59,204 nucleotides of DNA from a virus. Lineage: Duplodnaviria > Caudoviricetes. The stretch is from IMG/VR virus record IMGVR_UViG_3300029448_000035, positions 1-59,204 of that record. One strand, 5' to 3'. Made by a program: the position numbers and the translations under genes. Of the stretch, positions 53,321 to 59,204 are shown piece by piece; position 1 is the first letter of the stretch; the number at the start of each line of letters is the position of its first letter. The notes under the pieces are model-generated. The model was not told the origin of the DNA. It saw only the letters and a program-made list of their open reading frames with translations, and did no database searches.

Positions 53321-53927
53321 GTGCGGCTAATAGTTGGCGTTCAAGTGACGCGATGGTTGCTTTTAGGATGTCAATTTCCTTCTTGAGTTCGATCTTGTCT
53401 ACGAGGTGGTTCGCCGCCTCTTCATCCACAGTATTGAAGTCGGATTGCAACTGGTCCAACCGCTCTTTCCACTCGTCGATAGCGGCAAGGGCCTCGACGT
53501 ATCGCGCATGCAGAGAGTTGCATGAGGAGGTGATGGCGGCCATCTCGTCACCCACGGTGTCGAGGAAGACACCGATGTATTCGAGATTGTTAGCCATGGT
53601 GCGCAACGAAGACAGGGATAGTGTAGAGTCAAGTTTACCCACTTCCTCAAGGAGCCATTCGTTCCATTCGATGCAATCGATGATGCGCTTGTTTGCGCCT
53701 TCGATAGTGGTTTCCATAACGGGTGTGTTCTTGCTCATCTTGGGTTGGACAGGGATGTTCGGGAGTGTACCCACCAGGAACGCCTTGATTACCGTTGCGT
53801 CCTCGAAGTCATCGTCCTCTACGTTTTCAGACCAGAGCAGTCGGTTGACCGCTTCGATAGCCTGTGCCGCCGTGAACGTCTCGTTCGGGAGCGGGTTGTC
53901 GATGTTGTTCAGTTCTTCTTTAATCAT
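53307..53927 (-). CDS. acidic coiled-coil protein
   Basis: 206-aa ORF with C-terminal heptads. Confidence 0.75.
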   Translation of the reverse strand: MIKEELNNIDNPLPNETFTAAQAIEAVNRLLWSENVEDDDFEDATVIKAFLVGTLPNIPVQPKMSKNTPVMETTIEGANKRIIDCIEWNEWLLEEVGKLDSTLSLSSLRTMANNLEYIGVFLDTVGDEMAAITSSCNSLHARYVEALAAIDEWKERLDQLQSDFNTVDEEAANHLVDKIELKKEIDILKATIASLERQLLAAHDNR

Positions 53928-53940
53928 TGCGTGAGGATGT

Positions 53941-54114
53941 TCATGATTGTGAGTTTAGCCATTCGTCGGCGCGGAAGATGATTTCCGCATCGGAGATTTC
54001 TACATAGACATCGTTACCTACGTGAACGTAGACAGACGAGTCGTCATCTTGGTATGCGTTTACGTCGATTGACTCGAAGTGCTTGAGGCAGTCCTCGATA
54101 GTTGACTTGTTCAT
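53941..54114 (-). CDS. 57-aa acidic protein
   Basis: MNKSTIEDCLKHF...DDSSVYVHVG...EISDAEIIFRADEW; ATGA-coupled. Confidence 0.65.
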   Translation of the reverse strand: MNKSTIEDCLKHFESIDVNAYQDDDSSVYVHVGNDVYVEISDAEIIFRADEWLNSQS

Positions 54115-54359
54115 TGGTTCTTGTATCGTTGGATGAGTTCTTTCTTCGGGTTGTCGTAGAAGTCTTGCATTAACTTCATCTCGTTGAACCTGTCCCCATC
54201 GCGCAGGGCGTTGGCGAGTTCGTCCAGCCAGTCACGTTCGTACTCGATAACCCACTTGTTGAAGCGGAGGTCAAGGATAATCATTGCAATTTCTTGCAGG
54301 CTCTTGCGCTCAATCTCACGGACTACTCCGTCGATGCGTTCTTGTTTGAATGTGTTCAT
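54111..54359 (-). CDS. hypothetical early protein
   Basis: 82 aa, preceded by AAACACTCAC leader. Confidence 0.75.
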   Translation of the reverse strand: MNTFKQERIDGVVREIERKSLQEIAMIILDLRFNKWVIEYERDWLDELANALRDGDRFNEMKLMQDFYDNPKKELIQRYKNQ

Positions 54360-54382
54360 GGTTGTGAGTGTTTAAATGTTTG

Positions 54383-54454
54383 TACCCCCAAGAGGAATCG
54401 AACCTCTATCTGCGGTTTAGGAAACCGATGCTCTATCCGTTGAGCTATGGGGGC
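54383..54454 (-). tRNA. tRNA-Arg(CCU)
   Basis: GCCCCCATAGCTCAACGGATAGAGCA...TTCCTAA...GGTTCGATTCC...TGGGGGTA; one anticodon-stem mismatch. Confidence 0.9.
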
Positions 54455-54462
54455 GGGGGAGC

Positions 54463-55068
54463 TTACTCCCACTCATCCATTTCGTCCATGCCTTCCTGCC
54501 AAGTAAAGCCCGTCATGGAGTCCTTTTCGGTAGGGTCCGTACCCTTCTCGGACGTGAAGCCGAGGTCGTGGAACAGAATCGCCGCGTTCGCCTCTTCCAA
54601 TCTGCGGCCCTCTTCGTCCTGTGGCTGAGGGGTGCGACCCTCTGCGTCGAGGTAGACACGCTTGTTCTCTTGGTTGCGTCCAAACTCGGTGATGCTCGAC
54701 GGGCATTGCACCTCATCGTTCTCTGCCATGTCCAAGGCTCGGCTCTTCATGTACTCGACACGGACCAGGTTTAGGTAGATGCACCCACGTCCGTGGTTGT
54801 AGGTCATCATGATGCCGTAGGTGGCAGGGTCTTGGTCGTACCGCTCAGCGAGAGCCTGAGCCTCGCGCAGTTCACCAGCCCAGTACGAGTACGCCCCCTC
54901 AGGATCCGTGGGTGAGATGACGGTGGCTTCCGCATCATTAGCGTAGTAGTAGAACCCATAGGATTGCGGGTTGAGGAGTGCGTCACAGGTGACGATGCTC
55001 TGACCGAAGGCGATGGCGCGACCGAGAGACTCGGCGAAGGCGCGGGTGTTGGTGTTATTGTTCAGCAT
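54463..55068 (-). CDS. hypothetical early protein
   Basis: 201-aa ORF. Confidence 0.75.
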   Translation of the reverse strand: MLNNNTNTRAFAESLGRAIAFGQSIVTCDALLNPQSYGFYYYANDAEATVISPTDPEGAYSYWAGELREAQALAERYDQDPATYGIMMTYNHGRGCIYLNLVRVEYMKSRALDMAENDEVQCPSSITEFGRNQENKRVYLDAEGRTPQPQDEEGRRLEEANAAILFHDLGFTSEKGTDPTEKDSMTGFTWQEGMDEMDEWE

Positions 55069-55148
55069 TGTTCTTGTGCTTTTTCTTTCGTGTGTACTTG
55101 GACTTGTCTTTGTGTACTCGGTTAGCGGGTTGCTTGAAGTACTTGCCG

Positions 55149-55451
55149 TCAGGCAGGGTCTTGTTCAAACTCATTGGGCAAGGTTCCGAAGGTTTCGTAG
55201 TTCAGGTGCGGGTTCCACTCCTTCATGTCCTCCACAATCTCGCGGGCTTTCATGAGTGAGTAGTCTCGCTTCTGCGTCTCCGTCCCTGTACGCTGTGGTG
55301 AGGGGAGACCGATGTACTTCAGCCAGCTACACCCTTCCTCGGTGTCGTACACGTCGATGCTGTACTTCTCTTCTCCGTTACGGATGGAGCGGGCGATTGA
55401 GTTGACGTAGCCTTCTACTGCGTCGAGGTATGCGATTAGTTTGCGATTCAT
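55149..55451 (-). CDS. hypothetical early protein
   Basis: 100 aa; leader AAACACTCACAGAC-ATG. Confidence 0.75.
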   Translation of the reverse strand: MNRKLIAYLDAVEGYVNSIARSIRNGEEKYSIDVYDTEEGCSWLKYIGLPSPQRTGTETQKRDYSLMKAREIVEDMKEWNPHLNYETFGTLPNEFEQDPA

Positions 55452-55463
55452 GTCTGTGAGTGT

Positions 55464-55679
55464 TTAGAGTTTTTCTTCGTACATATCCATCAGGCCTTCC
55501 ATGATGTCCAGCAAGTCTTGGCGGGTGTAGTCCCACCAGTTGACGAACGGGTCCATCTCGTCAATCCAGTCCCGCATCATTCTCATGAAGCAGAGGTGGG
55601 TGTGGATGGCAACGTCTGGGTGAACCTTGTCTTTGTTCAGGTCGGCGATGTGCGCCTCGGTGGATGAGGGTTGATTCAT
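55464..55679 (-). CDS. hypothetical early protein
   Basis: ATG 55679 after TTCAAACCTCAC leader. Confidence 0.7.
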   Translation of the reverse strand: MNQPSSTEAHIADLNKDKVHPDVAIHTHLCFMRMMRDWIDEMDPFVNWWDYTRQDLLDIMEGLMDMYEEKL

Positions 55680-55706
55680 GTGTTGTGAGGTTTGAATTAT
55701 CGTGGA

Positions 55707-55738
55707 CAAAGTTACAACGATTGTTCCTTATTTCCAAA
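55707..55738 (-). promoter_or_regulatory. early promoter TTTG-N20-TAACTTTG
   Basis: Perfect Bacteroidota -33/-7 consensus. Confidence 0.85.
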
Positions 55739-55739
55739 T

Positions 55740-55985
55740 TTATTTTACCTCCTCTTTAGAGGAGAGTTCTTGTGCGTTCATGTTTGCTTGTGCGAGGATC
55801 CGCCCCATCGTCCACGTGTCGTAGTTTGGCTCCCTAATGCCCTCAAGCTGGGCGGCCACGGCGTACCAAGTCCGTGATTGAAGCGGGTCGGACACGTCCC
55901 TCCAGTTCTGGATGGACATGTCGATGAGTTGCTCGACCATGGCTTTGTGTGTGCGGTTCACGTCCGCTTCTGTGTACTTGTTCAT
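55740..55985 (-). CDS. hypothetical early protein
   Basis: 81 aa, coupled to upstream gene. Confidence 0.7.
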   Translation of the reverse strand: MNKYTEADVNRTHKAMVEQLIDMSIQNWRDVSDPLQSRTWYAVAAQLEGIREPNYDTWTMGRILAQANMNAQELSSKEEVK

Positions 55986-56680
55986 AATGTTGTGATTCGG
56001 TTGTCGTTCGTGTAGACCATCTGCTTCATAGCTTGGATGGGGAGGTAGTGGGTGCAGGTGTCGTCGATGTCCACCATGACATCCTGCGGATACTCAAGGT
56101 CACGCACCACCTCAGCGAGGCAGTCGTAAGCGTAGATGAGGTTGGTGACGTAGCCGTTGCGGACGAGCGGGGTGTCTTTGTCGTCTCGCAACCGAGTCTT
56201 GATGCGCCCCACGTCGAGGGAGATAGTCTCCTCTGCCATGCGGATGGCGGTGGACTTGCGTGTGATGGTGAGGACCATGTCATCCATCTGGTCGTACACA
56301 ACCACGCCGTCACCGAGCATGACCCCGTCATACACCTGGATGAAGAGGGTGTGGGCAGACTCGAAGTCCACTTGCCCTGCAAGTTCAGGGGAGAAGTGGT
56401 CAGGTGCGAAGCAGACCCTGTGCCACCCGCCGTGCTTGCACTGGTCGTGGATGACTTTGATGTGCTTGATGTCGACACCAAGCTCGTCACACAGGCCAGA
56501 GTAGTACTCGTGTGTGCTGTGAATCCACTGGTCGATGTACTCCTCGACCATAGCCTTGGCGAGGCCAGGAGCCTTCACATCCTCGATGCGGCGGCAGGTG
56601 GTGTCTGAGTATCCCTCGTTCATGCCTCCGATGGAGTCGATGACGAAGTAGTGAGGGGCAATGCGTAGTGCAGTGTTCAT
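55982..56680 (-). CDS. hypothetical early protein
   Basis: 232 aa after promoter and leader. Confidence 0.8.
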   Translation of the reverse strand: MNTALRIAPHYFVIDSIGGMNEGYSDTTCRRIEDVKAPGLAKAMVEEYIDQWIHSTHEYYSGLCDELGVDIKHIKVIHDQCKHGGWHRVCFAPDHFSPELAGQVDFESAHTLFIQVYDGVMLGDGVVVYDQMDDMVLTITRKSTAIRMAEETISLDVGRIKTRLRDDKDTPLVRNGYVTNLIYAYDCLAEVVRDLEYPQDVMVDIDDTCTHYLPIQAMKQMVYTNDNRITTL

Positions 56681-56720
56681 GAGTGTGAGTTTTGAATGTC
56701 GTTGGCTGAATTGCCGTGGA

Positions 56721-56752
56721 CAAAGTTAAGGCAAATGTTCCTATCTACCAAA
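56721..56752 (-). promoter_or_regulatory. early promoter TTTG-N20-TAACTTTG
   Basis: Perfect consensus; shares TAACTTTGTCCACG and AAAATAAATTTGG with the 55707 promoter. Confidence 0.85.
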
Positions 56753-56775
56753 TTTATTTTCTAAGTGGCTGACTT

Positions 56776-57051
56776 TCAGCACTCTTTGCTTCTGACGAGC
56801 AGGTCGGTGAACCTGTCGTCCTCTCCGTCTGTACGCTCCAGCGCCCAGTCAAGGACAGCATCGAACCCGTAAATGGTCTCGTTGGGGCGGCGATTCCGCT
56901 CAAGGTCCTTTTCACGCACCCACCGCTGTACACGGATGGGGCGACCAAGGTCCATGGCGTGGTCGAGGTGGTCCGCAAGGTCGTCGAGGATGTTGCCATC
57001 GTTGCGCTGATAGATGTCGCCGTTGGCGGCGTGGATGAGATACGTCTGCAT
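56776..57051 (-). CDS. hypothetical early protein
   Basis: 91-aa ORF. Confidence 0.7.
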   Translation of the reverse strand: MQTYLIHAANGDIYQRNDGNILDDLADHLDHAMDLGRPIRVQRWVREKDLERNRRPNETIYGFDAVLDWALERTDGEDDRFTDLLVRSKEC

Positions 57052-57206
57052 TAGTCCGTGTACTTGAGGGTGATACCGACAGCCTCGCTCAGCACCTTGC
57101 CGAGCGGATTACCCATCTTCTCGATGGTGTCGATGGGGGTGGCGATGAAGAACATCTCCGCCAACATGAGTGCCTGTTGCACCTTTTGGATTTCGTCTTG
57201 CGTCAT
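57051..57206 (-). CDS. hypothetical early protein
   Basis: ACAGAC-ATG start MTQDEIQK. Confidence 0.65.
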   Translation of the reverse strand: MTQDEIQKVQQALMLAEMFFIATPIDTIEKMGNPLGKVLSEAVGITLKYTD

Positions 57207-57213
57207 GTCTGTA

Positions 57214-57432
57214 TTATTCGTCGTTGAAGTGGTAGTTGTACATCTCGTCAATCTGTGCGTCTGTGTCACCACTGAGTGACTCTTCGATGGATTCGTAGAC
57301 GTAGTGGTACATGGCTTTCCAATCCATGCCTTCGATAACGCTTTCGATGTAGCGTTGAATTTTCTCTTCTCGTGTCATGCTTGTCTGTTTGGGCAGGACA
57401 GGGAATCCTGCGTGTGGGTTTGTGTCTGTCAT
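57214..57432 (-). CDS. acidic early protein
   Basis: ACAGAC-ATG start MTDTNPH (alternative MTREEK). Confidence 0.65.
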   Translation of the reverse strand: MTDTNPHAGFPVLPKQTSMTREEKIQRYIESVIEGMDWKAMYHYVYESIEESLSGDTDAQIDEMYNYHFNDE

Positions 57433-57439
57433 GTCTGTG

Positions 57440-57721
57440 TCAGTTGAAGCAGTATCCGCACTCGTTGCAGAAGGGGTGAACGTCCGTGTACTCTTGATAC
57501 TGGTCATCGAAGGTGACGTTGCCGCAGTCAGGGCAATCGACCTTGTACACGCACACAAGATCCGCGAACTCTGTAGTGCCTCGCCTGTCTGACTCGTCCT
57601 TGGGGAGGTACTCGTCGAGGGCCTTCATGACCTTGTCTACAGGGAGGCCTGTGTCAGGGTGGTAACCGAGGCGGCGGAGGATGCGGACCGCAAGGTCACG
57701 CTTGTAGTCTTCGTAGTTCAT
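57440..57721 (-). CDS. zinc-ribbon early protein
   Basis: CPDCG...CNECG. Confidence 0.75.
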   Translation of the reverse strand: MNYEDYKRDLAVRILRRLGYHPDTGLPVDKVMKALDEYLPKDESDRRGTTEFADLVCVYKVDCPDCGNVTFDDQYQEYTDVHPFCNECGYCFN

Positions 57722-57724
57722 GTC

Positions 57725-57886
57725 TTAGAAGTGTTTGTGGATGAGGGTGTGCAGGAGGAGTTGGTTCTCAATCTTGGGAATGAGGAGGTCGGCCTTGAGC
57801 AGGTCCACCACTTCGTCGACCTCGACCACGAGGTTCGGGTCAACTTCGCACTCCGTGCAGATACCGAGGAAATCGTTCTTGGTCAT
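57725..57886 (-). CDS. 53-aa early protein
   Basis: MTKNDFLGICTECEVDPNLVVE...; CA-rich leader; fills gap. Confidence 0.65.
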   Translation of the reverse strand: MTKNDFLGICTECEVDPNLVVEVDEVVDLLKADLLIPKIENQLLLHTLIHKHF

Positions 57887-57897
57887 GTGTGTCTGTA

Positions 57898-58398
57898 TTA
57901 GAGGGTGATTTCTTTGCTGTTCTCGATGCTGTAGATGGCCTTCTCTTCGCGCATCCTGCCGAGTGCCTTTGCCACGGAGAGGTCCTCCACGAGGGTGGTG
58001 ACATCGAAGACAATGTCCTCACCATCCACCCATGTGCCGACACACAGGGGGTGCTGGGGCATCCATCCGTGTTCGTAGGCGGCGTGCCAAGTCTGCTCGA
58101 AGAGCCGCTTGAACTCCTTAAACAGGACCTGTGGGTGCTTAGAGTCGAGGTAGCCCTCGGCGATGTCCTCCCGAAGCTCCACCATGGACAGGCGAGCCTC
58201 AGGGACACAGCCACCGACTGCGTGACCCCAACAGGGACGCCATGGGTCGGTTGGGAGGTCGTCGTAGTTGAGGGTCCCAGACTTGAACGTGTAGCGTGGG
58301 TGTCCAGGGGTGAGCAGAATGGTGTCTCCGCCGTCAGCGAGGGTGCGACCGAAGGATTCGGCGATGAGTTGGAAGTGGGGGTATTCGTAGGTCTTCAT
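57898..58398 (-). CDS. early protein, possible SAM-lyase-like fold
   Basis: GTWVDGEDIVFDV...AKALGRMREEKAIY pattern. Confidence 0.6.
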   Translation of the reverse strand: MKTYEYPHFQLIAESFGRTLADGGDTILLTPGHPRYTFKSGTLNYDDLPTDPWRPCWGHAVGGCVPEARLSMVELREDIAEGYLDSKHPQVLFKEFKRLFEQTWHAAYEHGWMPQHPLCVGTWVDGEDIVFDVTTLVEDLSVAKALGRMREEKAIYSIENSKEITL

Positions 58399-58601
58399 GC
58401 TTGTGTGTTTGCGAGGTTGGTGAAGTAGAGGTCGTAGCTCTGTGCGAGGTACTCTACCTCGTTTTCGTGGATGCGGAACACGATGTCATCTACGTCTGTG
58501 GAGATGTACACCATGTCGTCGTTGATTCCTGCGATTTCTGCTTCGGTCATTCCGCAAGCAATGTCGTTGACGTAGGCAACTGCCTTTTCGTACTTCGTCA
58601 T
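58395..58601 (-). CDS. acidic early protein
   Basis: TTCAAACACTCACAGAC-ATG start MTKYEKAV. Confidence 0.7.
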   Translation of the reverse strand: MTKYEKAVAYVNDIACGMTEAEIAGINDDMVYISTDVDDIVFRIHENEVEYLAQSYDLYFTNLANTQA

Positions 58602-58630
58602 GTCTGTGAGTGTTTGAATGTGTGTGTCTG

Positions 58631-58831
58631 TCAGAGCATCATTGAGACGCTCCACGCATTGATGAAGTCGGGGATGTCGTCGAAGGAGAGGGCGTACACC
58701 TCCCCATCCTCCTTGAAGGTGACGAAGTTGTCATAGGTTGACATGTACTCCATGTGTGGACCCGTCACTGACGTGTCGATGACGTGGATGAGGCTCTTGA
58801 GTTGGGTGATGAGGTTCTCCATGTGTGTCAT
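58631..58831 (-). CDS. hypothetical early protein
   Basis: 66 aa after promoter and leader. Confidence 0.7.
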   Translation of the reverse strand: MTHMENLITQLKSLIHVIDTSVTGPHMEYMSTYDNFVTFKEDGEVYALSFDDIPDFINAWSVSMML

Positions 58832-58880
58832 GTGGTGTGAGTGTTTGAATGTTCGATTGAGGTGGTGTCGAATCGGACCG

Positions 58881-58913
58881 CTAAGTTAAGCACATCGAAT
58901 CCACATTTCCAAA
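58881..58913 (-). promoter_or_regulatory. early promoter TTTG-N21-TAACTTAG
   Basis: One mismatch from consensus; followed by a hairpin and TTCAAACACTCAC. Confidence 0.7.
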
Positions 58914-58922
58914 TCTAATTTC

Positions 58923-59099
58923 TTACCCTTTAGGGTAGATTGCTTCGAAGGCCTCTTGCTGGCGGGCCATCTGTGCCACTTCCGTGTTTGTGTACATCAC
59001 GCAATCGCCACACGATAGGCGGAACACGGAGGCGCCGTGGGAGGTGAACAGGGGTTCTGCGTTGAGGTAGGCCGCCGCCTTCAGAGTGTCAATCATCAT
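58923..59099 (-). CDS. hypothetical early protein
   Basis: ATG 59099 (MMIDTLK) after (CA)n leader. Confidence 0.65.
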   Translation of the reverse strand: MMIDTLKAAAYLNAEPLFTSHGASVFRLSCGDCVMYTNTEVAQMARQQEAFEAIYPKG

Positions 59100-59128
59100 G
59101 TGTGGTCGATCTTGTGTGTGTGTGTGTC

Positions 59129-59204
59129 TCAGAGGCAATCGTCCATGGAGATTTCGTCAGCAGGACAGCCGTAGCCATCCTGAAGGGCGGCCCAGCGGAC
59201 AGCG
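59129..59204. repeat. 76-bp direct repeat, copy 2 (3' end of gene 201-824)
   Basis: Identical to 201-276. Confidence 0.95.

Overview
The window is a near-complete ~59 kb lytic tailed dsDNA phage genome, most likely a podovirus of a Bacteroidota host. The host call rests on TAnnTTTG promoters, the lack of Shine-Dalgarno sites, and a virion gene order like crAss/Cellulophaga phi38:1 phages (family assignment not verifiable here). The + arm (1.6-44.2 kb) is the late/virion region: small basic proteins, M15 endolysin, two glycosyltransferases, GroES, terminase, portal, collagen fibres, capsid, tail rings/nozzle and three ejection proteins including a 3185-aa giant. The - arm (44.3-59.2 kb plus 1-0.9 kb) holds class II RNR, nucleases, primase-helicase, SSB, exonuclease/recombinase and ~25 small early genes. 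There are three tRNAs (Ile-UAU, Arg-UCU, Arg-CCU). No DNA polymerase, RNA polymerase, integrase or CRISPR array was recognised. The last 76 bp repeat 201-276 rather than 1-76. Most interesting: (1) a giant virion protein whose candidate effector domains are separated by repeated RASxR motifs downstream of an EExxH zincin; (2) a dispersed family of basic proteins with a shared M-K-x-x-K-(x)-Y-x-K-G-G leader; (3) an early gene-cassette array with a conserved junction motif and two alternative neighbours at one junction; (4) -7-only late promoters 4-5 nt from start codons, implying leaderless mRNAs. All protein calls come from motif recognition by eye, not database searches.
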